NCBI GenBank assembly: GCA_046565705.1
Contig: JBKHYE010000022.1
Location: 1 to 40,381 of the forward strand
DNA from: Actinomycetes bacterium
Lineage (GTDB): Bacteria > Actinomycetota > Actinomycetes > Mycobacteriales > SCTD01
Length of the DNA: 40,381 nucleotides
Direction: 5' to 3'
The stretch's first letter is position 1. Each line of letters starts with the position of its first letter. Both the position numbers and the translations under genes were made by a program. Positions 26,132-36,396 of the stretch are shown piece after piece. The notes beneath the pieces are model-generated. The model saw nothing but the letters and a program-made list of their open reading frames with translations. It did not search any database and was not told where the DNA came from.

Positions 26132-27544
26132 ATGGGCATCCCGGCGACGACCAGCGCGGCAGCAGCGCCACGCGCACGAACGCGGTGGTACCGGCAGCTG
26201 TACGTCTGGGTCCTGGTCGGCATCTCACTGGGGATCGCCGTCGGCCACGTCTGGCCGGAGACCGGCGCGGCGCTCGAGCCGGTGGGCAAGGCGTTCGTGA
26301 ACCTCATCAAGATGGTGATCGCACCGGTCGTGTTCTGCACCGTGGTCGCCGGCATCGCCTCCATGGAGAGCGTGAAGAAGGTCGGCCGCATCGGCGGCAA
26401 GGCGCTCCTCTACTTCGAGGTCATGACCACGGTCGCGCTCGCCCTCGGGCTCGTCGTCATGAACCTCACCAAGCCCGGCGAGGGCGTGAACGCCGACGTC
26501 AGCGACATCGAGGTCTCCGACACCGTCGGCGGGTACATCAGCGCCGGCGAGGAGTCGCGCTGGTACGACCCGATCCTGCACATCTTCCCGGACTCCGTCG
26601 TCGGCGCCTTCGCCGAGGGCCACATCCTGCAGGTGCTCTTCTTCTCGGTCGTGTTCGCCTTCGCACTGATGCACATGGGTGAGCGGGGCAAGCCGATCAT
26701 CGCGGGCATCGAGCGTGTCGGGCAGGGGTTCTTCGGCGTCATCCGCATCGTCATGTACGCGGCGCCGATCGGCGCGTTCGGCGCGATGGCGTTCACGATC
26801 GGCAAGTACGGCATCGGCACTCTCACGAGCCTGCTGCAGCTGATCCTGACCTTCTACGCGACGGCGCTGTTCTTCGTCGTCGTCGTCCTCGGCGCCGCGT
26901 GTGCCTACGCCGGCGTCAACATCTTCAAGCTGCTTCGGTACCTGAAGGAGGAGCTGCTCATCGTGCTCGGGACGAGCTCGTCGGAGTCGGTGCTGCCGCA
27001 GCTGATGAAGAAGCTGGAGCACCTGGGCATCCCGCGGCCGGTGGTCGGGCTGACCGTCCCGACCGGCTACTCCTTCAACCTCGACGGCACCTGCCTGTAC
27101 CTGACGCTGGCCGCCGTCTACCTCGCGCAGGCCACGAACACCCCGCTCGGCGTCGGCGAGCAGCTCGGCATCCTGGCGCTGCTGCTGCTGACGTCGAAGG
27201 GAGCCGCCGGCGTCACCGGGTCCGGCTTCATCGTCCTCGCGGCGACGCTGAGCAGCGTCGGGACCATCCCGGTCGCCGCCATCATGCTGATCTTCGGCAT
27301 CGACAAGTTCATGTCCGAGTGCCGGGCGCTGACCAACATGATCGGCAACTCCGTGGCGACCGTCGTGGTCGCCAAGTGGGAGGGCGTCCTCGACCGCGAC
27401 CGCGCCCGGGCCGTGCTGAACGGCGAGGAGCCCACCGACGAGCTCGCCGTCCTCGACGAGGACCTCGGGCTCCTCGACGGTCCGGGCGCGTACCTGCACC
27501 ACGACAGCGAGGCCGCGATGCGGCACGAGCTGCAGCGCACCTGA
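26132..27544 (+). CDS. dctA: C4-dicarboxylate:cation symporter
   Basis: FVNLIKMVIAP, VLGTSSSESVLP, VPTGYSFNLDGT, LTSKGAAGVTGSGF and GIDKFMSECRALTN; GGAGGAG RBS. Confidence 0.95.
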   Translation: MGIPATTSAAAAPRARTRWYRQLYVWVLVGISLGIAVGHVWPETGAALEPVGKAFVNLIKMVIAPVVFCTVVAGIASMESVKKVGRIGGKALLYFEVMTTVALALGLVVMNLTKPGEGVNADVSDIEVSDTVGGYISAGEESRWYDPILHIFPDSVVGAFAEGHILQVLFFSVVFAFALMHMGERGKPIIAGIERVGQGFFGVIRIVMYAAPIGAFGAMAFTIGKYGIGTLTSLLQLILTFYATALFFVVVVLGAACAYAGVNIFKLLRYLKEELLIVLGTSSSESVLPQLMKKLEHLGIPRPVVGLTVPTGYSFNLDGTCLYLTLAAVYLAQATNTPLGVGEQLGILALLLLTSKGAAGVTGSGFIVLAATLSSVGTIPVAAIMLIFGIDKFMSECRALTNMIGNSVATVVVAKWEGVLDRDRARAVLNGEEPTDELAVLDEDLGLLDGPGAYLHHDSEAAMRHELQRT

Positions 27545-27554
27545 GCACGACGGC

Positions 27555-27629
27555 CACCGGGCGTGGCTCGACATCCCGGTCTTCCACGACGGCCACCACG
27601 GCAGCGCAAGTGTCGTGCCCGGCGCGGCG
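27555..27629 (+). pseudogene. short remnant of a malic enzyme gene
   Basis: Reads HRAWLDIPVFHDGHHGSASVVPGAA, a decayed form of the malic enzyme signature LDIPVFHDDQHGTAIVV. Confidence 0.7.
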
Positions 27630-27635
27630 ACGTCC

Positions 27636-28535
27636 CTAGGTGGTGCCGGTGTCGTGCAGCTGCTTGCTGAACCAGCGATCGGCGAACGGCTCGTCGTTGA
27701 ACGCGGGGACCTCCACATACCCTGCCGACCGGTAGAGCGAGATGGCCTCGGGCAGCACGTCGTTGGTCTCCAGTCGGATCTGGCGCGACCCGCGCTCGCG
27801 GGCGAGGCGCTCCAGGTGCTCGAGGAGCCGGCGGCCGAGCCCCATGCCCCTCACGGCCTCTGCGACCCACATCCGCTTGATGTCTGTGACGCTGTCCGAG
27901 TGGTGCTTCACGGCCCCACAACCCACGGCCTGTCCGCGCAGGCGCGCAACGACGAAGCTGCCGTGGGGTGGCCGCACCTCGTGCGGCTCGGCCGTGGACC
28001 CGGCACGCGGGTCGAAGCCGCGCTGCGGCGCACGGCGGTTGAGCTCAGCGACGTACGCGCGCAGGCACCGCTGAGCCTCCGGGCTCCCCGCATCGACCTC
28101 CCGCAGTTCGAACAGGGACACGGCCAGGAGGCGCTCGACGGTCCGCATCGCGGTCGTGAGCTCCGAACGCTGTCTGTCGTCCAGCCCGTCGAGCAGCGCA
28201 GCAGCCGCCTCGTCGCTGCGCTCGTCGAGCACGGCGACCTCAGCACGTCCGGCGGCGGTGAGCCGGGCGACTCGGACGCGTGCGTCAGCGGGGCTCGGAC
28301 CGACGACCACCAGACCTTCGGCCTCCAGCGACCGCAGCATTCGGCTCAGCTGCCCTGAGTCCACACCCAGGCGGGCCCGGAGCATCACGACCTCACTGCC
28401 CTCGAAGCCGATCTCCCACAGCAGGCGAGAGGTGCCGAGCGGCCGCCCGCGCGAGAGGAAGTGCTCGTCGAGGGCGCCCGCACGTTGGGTGACCGTGCGG
28501 TTGAACCGCCGCACCTGGCTCAGGTCGGAGGACAT
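27636..28535 (-). CDS. MarR-type HTH / GNAT acetyltransferase fusion
   Basis: VRRFNRTVT..GALD, DSGQLSRMLRSLE and DARVR..LT; C-terminal GNAT (IKRMWV..RGMGLGRRLL, LETN, AISLYRSAGY). Confidence 0.9.
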   Translation of the reverse strand: MSSDLSQVRRFNRTVTQRAGALDEHFLSRGRPLGTSRLLWEIGFEGSEVVMLRARLGVDSGQLSRMLRSLEAEGLVVVGPSPADARVRVARLTAAGRAEVAVLDERSDEAAAALLDGLDDRQRSELTTAMRTVERLLAVSLFELREVDAGSPEAQRCLRAYVAELNRRAPQRGFDPRAGSTAEPHEVRPPHGSFVVARLRGQAVGCGAVKHHSDSVTDIKRMWVAEAVRGMGLGRRLLEHLERLARERGSRQIRLETNDVLPEAISLYRSAGYVEVPAFNDEPFADRWFSKQLHDTGTT

Positions 28536-28536
28536 C

Positions 28537-28554
28537 CTCTGACTATAGTCAGAG
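28537..28554. promoter_or_regulatory. perfect 18-bp palindrome, likely MarR-GNAT operator overlapping the -10 element
   Basis: CTCTGACTA|TAGTCAGAG lies 1 nt from the ATG and contains TATAGT 6 nt upstream of the start. Confidence 0.75.
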
Positions 28555-28608
28555 AAATCCGGGCGGTGCCCGCCGGGCCTCGCGCGACGGCGCCAGGCCC
28601 GGCCACGC

Positions 28609-28622
28609 GGGACTTTCGGCCC
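28609..28622. promoter_or_regulatory. DosR/OsdR-like box
   Basis: GGGACTTTCGGCCC resembles actinobacterial DosR/DevR/OsdR sites; a TACGGT -10-like hexamer follows at 28647. Confidence 0.4.
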
Positions 28623-28763
28623 GTGGCCGAGGGTCTGCGCGCGCCCTACGGTGGACGTGTTCGGCACGGACCACCTGCCGGTGCCGGTCTCGCCCCGGCG
28701 GAAGCCCGCGGCCCGTGAACCACGACCGGCACGCGTTGCCGGCGCGTCCCCATGGAGGTCGCC

Positions 28764-29000
28764 ATGCGCAGCCCGCAGCTCCCCGTACTCGTGTGCACGC
28801 TCGTCGCCGTGCCGCTCGTCCTGGTCGCCGGCGCCGCCGGTCCGGCCGCCGCCGCGCCGACGACGACGACTTTCGGATCGCACGTGTCGTCGTGCGCCCA
28901 GGTGTCGACGGGCTTCTCGGGGGAGCACAACCCGAGCCACCATCGCGGCCCGTACGCCGCAACCGACGTCAGTGACATGCACGGCTGGCCAGCCAGGTAG
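28764..29000 (+). CDS. small secreted His-rich protein (78 aa)
   Basis: GGAGG RBS and a signal peptide ending in AAAA; mature part FGSHVSSCAQ..GFSGEHNPSHHRG...MHGW. Confidence 0.7.
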   Translation: MRSPQLPVLVCTLVAVPLVLVAGAAGPAAAAPTTTTFGSHVSSCAQVSTGFSGEHNPSHHRGPYAATDVSDMHGWPAR

Positions 29001-29025
29001 CGGTGCGTTCCCGTCCGCCGAGGTA

Positions 29026-29958
29026 CTACGACGACTGGTCGCCGTAGGGGCTGACGCTCAGGTACTTGAACCCGGTGTCCACGGCGACAGTGACGATGAC
29101 CGCCGCGGGACCGAGGCGCTCGGCCAGCCGGTGCGCGCCGACGACGTTGGCACCGGTGGAGATGCCTGCGAACACCCCTTCCTCCCGGGCGAGCCGGCCG
29201 GTCATCTGGAGTGCTGCGTCGTCGTCGATCGGCTCCACGTGGTCAACGGCATCCGGGTTCCAGTGCGGCATGATCAGGCCGGTCCAGCCCTGGATCAGGA
29301 AGGGGCCCGGTGCGCCTCCGCTGACCGCCGCCGAGGCTGCCGGCTCGTGGGCCTGGATGAAGACACCGTGCGGTCGAAGCGCCTCTGACACCCCCATCAG
29401 GGACGAGGCCGTGCCCATCCCGTGGCAGAAGGCCGTGACGCGGCCGTCGGTCTGCTCCCAGATCTCGCGGCCGAGACGGTCGCGGTGGTCCGGCACGATG
29501 TACGGGTTGTTGAACTGGTCGGTGGCGTAGTGCCGTGGGGCGCTCGCCAGCTCGGCCGCGCGGGCCACCATGTTGTCGATGTCGCGCGAGGTCACCTTCG
29601 GTCGCCCCTCGACCGAGGGCACGACGTCGAGATCCGCGCCCAGTGCGCGCATCAGCTGGAAGCGCTCCTCGGTGAAGCAGTCGGCGATGACGATCAGCGC
29701 CCGGTAGCCCTTGGCCCGGCAGACCAGCGCGAGTGCTGGTCCCGTGCTGCCACCGGTGTACTCCACGACGGTGTCCCCGGGATGCAGCAGGCCGTCGCGT
29801 TCGGCTCCCTCGATCATGGCCAGCGCCATCCGGTCCTTCAGCGAACCGGTCGGGTTGCGACTCTCGAGCTTCAGCCACAGCTCAGCGCCGTTCGCCGGAG
29901 CGCAGCGGCGCAGTCGCACGAGCGGGGTGTCGCCGATCGTGTCGAGGACGGAGGTCAT
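29026..29958 (-). CDS. cysteine synthase-like PLP enzyme (fold type II)
   Basis: IGDTPLVRL, KLESRNPTGSLKDR, DQFNNP, LAREEG.FAGISTGAN and DTGFKYLS. Confidence 0.88.
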   Translation of the reverse strand: MTSVLDTIGDTPLVRLRRCAPANGAELWLKLESRNPTGSLKDRMALAMIEGAERDGLLHPGDTVVEYTGGSTGPALALVCRAKGYRALIVIADCFTEERFQLMRALGADLDVVPSVEGRPKVTSRDIDNMVARAAELASAPRHYATDQFNNPYIVPDHRDRLGREIWEQTDGRVTAFCHGMGTASSLMGVSEALRPHGVFIQAHEPAASAAVSGGAPGPFLIQGWTGLIMPHWNPDAVDHVEPIDDDAALQMTGRLAREEGVFAGISTGANVVGAHRLAERLGPAAVIVTVAVDTGFKYLSVSPYGDQSS

Positions 29959-30074
29959 GGACGGGATCCTGTCCGCCGGCGGCTGGCGTGGCCACCGGGC
30001 GTCATAGTGCACGGCGGCCGGCGGGGCCGCGGTCGGCGGCGGGTCATCAGCATGGACCGCAGCGGCCGGGGCGG

Positions 30075-30209
30075 TCAGAGCTCCCGGCGAACGTTCTCTG
30101 CCCGGTCCTCGACGGCGCCGTGGCGGAGCAGGTTGACCACAGCCACGGCCAGCCCGCCCCAGATCACCAGCATCGCCACCACCATCATCACGATCGCCGC
30201 GGTGCTCAT
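30075..30209 (-). CDS. methionine/alanine NSS importer small subunit (MetS-like)
   Basis: 44 aa MSTAAIVMMVVAMLVIWGGLAVAVVNL, coupled (ATGA) to the NSS transporter. Confidence 0.85.
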   Translation of the reverse strand: MSTAAIVMMVVAMLVIWGGLAVAVVNLLRHGAVEDRAENVRREL

Positions 30210-31828
30210 CGCCGGCCCGCCTCGTCGTGCCCGCTCTGCGCGCCGCCGGTCCGCCCCGGCGCGGATCCCACGTGCACCGGTGCCCGGGGGTCGGAACCGG
30301 GTGGTGGCCCGTCGAGGTGGGTGCCCTCCCGCCACGGCAGCCGGCCCAGCAGGAAGCCGACGACCGGGAGCGCCACGACCAGGAGCCAGCCGATGCCCAG
30401 CAGCCAGCTCGGGTACCCCTCGTACGGCGCCTCGAGGTCGTCGCGCAGCGCGAACACGAGCACGGCGGCCAGGCCCGCCGGCGCGACGCCGCCGGTCAGG
30501 ACCCGCCAGCCGGTGCCGACCCGCGGCCGGCCGTGGACGTTCAGGTGGTCGCCGAGCCCGCTCAGCGCCCGGAGCGCCCAGACGACGACCAGCATGCTCA
30601 CCAGCGCGACGACGAGGATGCCGTACTGGTTGACGAAGTGGTCGACGACGTCGAGCACGTAGATGCCGCTGGTCGTGCTGAACAGCACCAGGCTCAACAC
30701 CGCTGCAGGGACGCCGACCGCCAGTGTCGCGGTGCGCCGGCCGGTGTCGAACTTGTCGCGCACGGCGGAGATCACCACCTCGATCACGCTGATCAGCGAC
30801 GTGATGCCCGCGATCACCAGCGACCCGAAGAACAGCACGCCGATGAGGGTGCCGGCCGGGGCCTCACTGATGATCGCCGGGAAGGCGATGAAGGCCAGGC
30901 CGATCCCGTCGCTGGCGACGTCGCCGACGGCGACTCCGCTGGCTTGCGCCATGAAGCCGAGGGCCGCGAACACGCCGATGCCGGCCAGCAGCTCGAAGCC
31001 GGAGTTCGAGAAGCCGACGACGAGCCCGGACCCGACCATGTCCTCGCGACGCCCGACGTAGGAGGCGTAGGTGATCATGATGCCGAAGCCGATCGAGAGC
31101 GAGAAGAAGATCTGGCCGAACGCGGCGGCCCACACCGAGGCCGAGGTGAGCGCCGACCAGTCCGGCGTGAACAGCGCGTCGAGTCCTTCGGCCGCCCCGG
31201 GCAGCAGCAGCGCCTGCACGACGAGCGCGCCGAAGGCGAGCACCAGCACCGGGATGAACACCAGCGACGTGACGCCGATGCCGCGCTGGACGCCGAGCGC
31301 CATCACCACGAGCACGGCCAGCCACACCAGCGCGAGGGGCACCAGCACCCCGGGCACGACGTCGGCGGTGACCGTGACGTCACCGGCCTGCAGGAACTCG
31401 CCGAAGAAGAACCCCTCGGGGTCGGAACCCCACGCCTGGTCCAGCGAGAAGAGCATGTACCGCAGCGCCCAGGCGATGACCGCCGCGTAGTAGACGGCGA
31501 TGACGAAGCAGATGCCGACCTGCCACCAGCCCAGCGTCTCGGCGCCCCGACGCAGCCGGGCGAACGACAGCGGCGCGGAGCCGCGGTGGCGGTGCCCGAT
31601 CGCGTAGTCGAGCAGCAGGAACGGGATGCCCGCCGTCAGCAGCGCGACCAGGTACGGCACGACGAAGGCGCCGCCGCCGTTCTCGTATGCCACGTACGGG
31701 AAGCGCCAGATGTTGCCGAGCCCGACGGCCGAGCCGATCGCCGCCAGGATGAAGACGTTGCGCGAGCTGAACGACCCTCGGCGCTGCTGCTCCGCCTGCC
31801 CGGGTGCCTCGTCCGCCGTCGTGCTCAT
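30206..31828 (-). CDS. sodium-dependent amino acid transporter (NSS family, MetP-like)
   Basis: ILAAIGSAVGLGNIWRFPY..YENGGGAF, QIFFSLS and GLAFIAFP; AGGAGG RBS. Confidence 0.93.
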   Translation of the reverse strand: MSTTADEAPGQAEQQRRGSFSSRNVFILAAIGSAVGLGNIWRFPYVAYENGGGAFVVPYLVALLTAGIPFLLLDYAIGHRHRGSAPLSFARLRRGAETLGWWQVGICFVIAVYYAAVIAWALRYMLFSLDQAWGSDPEGFFFGEFLQAGDVTVTADVVPGVLVPLALVWLAVLVVMALGVQRGIGVTSLVFIPVLVLAFGALVVQALLLPGAAEGLDALFTPDWSALTSASVWAAAFGQIFFSLSIGFGIMITYASYVGRREDMVGSGLVVGFSNSGFELLAGIGVFAALGFMAQASGVAVGDVASDGIGLAFIAFPAIISEAPAGTLIGVLFFGSLVIAGITSLISVIEVVISAVRDKFDTGRRTATLAVGVPAAVLSLVLFSTTSGIYVLDVVDHFVNQYGILVVALVSMLVVVWALRALSGLGDHLNVHGRPRVGTGWRVLTGGVAPAGLAAVLVFALRDDLEAPYEGYPSWLLGIGWLLVVALPVVGFLLGRLPWREGTHLDGPPPGSDPRAPVHVGSAPGRTGGAQSGHDEAGRR

Positions 31829-31947
31829 CCGACCTCCTGCCGTCGCGGGCCCTCGCGCCTGCGAGCACCGTCGAGGGCCGGTCACCGGGGCGCCTTGCCG
31901 GCAGCGTGCCAGACCGCGCGCGGTGCCGGACGGACGGATCCGGTGCC

Positions 31948-34008
<2,061 letters not shown>

Positions 34009-34117
34009 GGTGCTCCTCGCCCGTCGGCATGTCAGGACGCTCCTGCGCCGGACGCCGTCGCCTCGCAAGTGCGCCCCACCTGTGCCCACCTGCGGAGCGA
34101 GGTGTCTGGCCGGGTGC

Positions 34118-36013
34118 TCAGACCGTCGCGACAGCGCGCTGTCCGACAAGCAGTGAGCGCAGGAACTGTCGCGTCTCCGGGTCGGTGCTCGTGATGACCG
34201 TGCCGACCATGCCGCGGGTGAGCAGCACCTTGTAGACGTTTCGCACGAGGCGGTCGAACTCACCGTCGTCGACGCGCTTGGTGTTGCGGAAGTCCGGATC
34301 CTTGTTGTGCTGTCGCTGTGTCTCCCATCGGCCGTCACGCCAGACGAGGTCCGGTCCGAGGATGACGCCGTTCCAGTCGTACTCGAAGCCCTGCGCGGTG
34401 TAGACGCAACCGACCTGGTCGAAGCCCCCTGGGTCCGTCGCCCACAGCGCGGCAGGTGGCGCACCGCCGATGGACCGGTTGCCCTTGAGATTCCACGGCC
34501 TGGCCCAGCCGTCGATCTCGACGTCGGGAACGAGGCTGCCGTCGGGGCGTGGGTCGCTCCAGGGCCAGCAGTAGCCCGCCGTCATGCGTGCGCTGTAGCC
34601 CTCGGCGAGCTTGCCGGCCAAGAGACGCTCGGTCTCTTCTGCCGTCTCTGCGAAGCGGACCTCGAACGCGTCGTCTCCAGTCCAGGCGGTCGGCCCGCCG
34701 GACTCGAGCCCGAGTAGACGCAGCACCCAACGCATGTACAGCGCGCTGCCACCGCAGCGGAACTGCGCGTCCAGATCGACGCGGTGCACCTCGAGCCCGA
34801 GCGCACGGGCGTGCTGCTCGATGTCCTCGACCGTGCCGAGCTCGCCAGGGCGGACCACCTGGTGCTGGTCGAGCAGGAACACCGGCACCCGCGCGGCGGC
34901 CATGAGCTCGTCGACCTGAGGACGGGCGATGTCCCGGAACTCCTTTCGAGTCCAGCGACTGACCGACGTCTCCCGGATGCGGTGCGCCTCGTCCAGCACG
35001 AGCACGTCGAGGCCGTTGCGCTCGGCTTCCATGAAGTCGTTGAAGTACTTGAACAGGCGCTTGGTGCTCTCAGAGCGTGCACCTGCCACCTTGCGCAGTG
35101 TCTGGGTGAAGGACCGGGAGCCGGTGGCATGCACCACCGTCCGACCACGGCGGGCGAGCTCTCCCAGCAGGGACAGGGCGATGACGCTCTTGCCGCTGCC
35201 GGGCCCACCGGTAACGACGACGACGCTCTTGCGGTCCTCTCGCCGCGACCGCTCGACGGCGTGCAGAACAAGCTCATACGCCAGTCGCTGACGGTCGAGC
35301 AGGACGAACTGCTCGCGCCGCTGTACCTCGTCGGCCGCGACAGCGAGCAGCTGCTTGCTCGGCGCGCTGGCCGACTGCAGCAGGACGTCGGCGTACGGAG
35401 CACCTGCCACCGAGTCGTCGAGTTGCTGGCGAAGGAAGTCGAGCCACTGTGCCCGTCCGGCGCCGGTGAACAACCGGCCGTAGCGGTCCTGCGGATAGTC
35501 GCGCAAGTCGGCGACCGCGCCGTCGTCCGTGGCGTTGTGCAGGTACGCCGCGCCCGTCACAGCGTCGGGGACGTCGTGCAGAGATTTCGTGAAGTCGACG
35601 AGGTACTGGCAGTAGCCGCGGACCTGCGCGACCGGGTGCAGCACGGGTTGTCCGTAGGACGGCACGTTGACCAGAGCCGCCTCTCCCTCGTAGGCGTGGG
35701 CGGCGGTCCACTGCTTGAGCTCGATGACGACGTACGACGGCTGGCGGGTGCGCGGATGCTGCCCGACGAGGACGACGTCGACTCGCTTGCTGCTCAACGG
35801 CAGCTGGTGCTCGACGAGAACTTCGACCCGGTCGAGTCCCGCCTGGACAAGGTCGTTCGCCAGCACGGGCAGGCTGGCCTGCCAGCTCCTCACCTCCGAC
35901 GGTCCGGCATGGCGTCCGGTCCGGTGGCGCATCTGGTCGGCGATGCGCGACGCGAGCGTGCTCTCGTGCGCCAGCGCGGCGAAGCCGGCTGCATCGGCAC
36001 GGAACAGCGACAA
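34118..36013 (-). CDS. DUF2075 (Schlafen group 3-like) helicase/ATPase with N-terminal PD-(D/E)XK-like domain
   Basis: N-terminal EHQLP..KRVDVVL..VIELKQW; Walker A GGPGSGKS, Walker B VLDEAHR; QFRCGGS, AGYCWPW, VGCVYTAQGFEYD and NVYKVLLTRG. TTG start. Confidence 0.88.
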   Translation of the reverse strand: MSLFRADAAGFAALAHESTLASRIADQMRHRTGRHAGPSEVRSWQASLPVLANDLVQAGLDRVEVLVEHQLPLSSKRVDVVLVGQHPRTRQPSYVVIELKQWTAAHAYEGEAALVNVPSYGQPVLHPVAQVRGYCQYLVDFTKSLHDVPDAVTGAAYLHNATDDGAVADLRDYPQDRYGRLFTGAGRAQWLDFLRQQLDDSVAGAPYADVLLQSASAPSKQLLAVAADEVQRREQFVLLDRQRLAYELVLHAVERSRREDRKSVVVVTGGPGSGKSVIALSLLGELARRGRTVVHATGSRSFTQTLRKVAGARSESTKRLFKYFNDFMEAERNGLDVLVLDEAHRIRETSVSRWTRKEFRDIARPQVDELMAAARVPVFLLDQHQVVRPGELGTVEDIEQHARALGLEVHRVDLDAQFRCGGSALYMRWVLRLLGLESGGPTAWTGDDAFEVRFAETAEETERLLAGKLAEGYSARMTAGYCWPWSDPRPDGSLVPDVEIDGWARPWNLKGNRSIGGAPPAALWATDPGGFDQVGCVYTAQGFEYDWNGVILGPDLVWRDGRWETQRQHNKDPDFRNTKRVDDGEFDRLVRNVYKVLLTRGMVGTVITSTDPETRQFLRSLLVGQRAVATV

Positions 36014-36337
36014 GGACGACCCCAGGCAGCACGAAGCGACTCGTGCGGTGGGGGCGTGTCCGTAGAGGAAGCCCGTCGGTACCGCGTGCGGGCACCATAA
36101 CGTCCTCAGGCGGGGAGGGACTGTCCCTTGAGTTCCTTGGCGCCGGCGGCAGTTGCCGGCTCGGCTGTCGTCACGCGCTCATGCCGACGAGCGGACATCA
36201 AGGAGGCACAGCCCCGCCGCCGCGCCGGCACAGCGCGTCCGGCTCATCCGGTTCGAGGCCGACAGCCAGCGAGGGCCTCTGTCGCGTGTCGGTGGGCTAC
36301 AAGACGCCCCGAGCGCCGTGCATGCCGCAACAAGACG

Positions 36338-36396
36338 TTTGAGTGCTAGTTTGAGGGAACCGACAGACTGTTACTTCCCTCAAAGGAAGCCTCAAT
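36338..36396. promoter_or_regulatory. symmetric operator-like array TTTGAG-N6-TTTGAG...CTCAAA-N6-CTCAAT
   Basis: Inner 10-bp perfect inverted repeat TTTGAGGGAA (36350-59) / TTCCCTCAAA (36375-84); outer pair 36338-43 / 36391-96; both pairs centred on 36367. Confidence 0.7.

Noticed and set aside
2416-29970. Many starts with TAnnnT/CAnnnT hexamers 5-8 nt upstream (leaderless mRNAs)
   Set aside because: Probably real but ordinary for actinobacteria; used only to choose start codons.
36130-36330. Short ORFs and a VGYKTP motif reminiscent of a transposase tail
   Set aside because: Too short, with no inverted repeats or further motif support.
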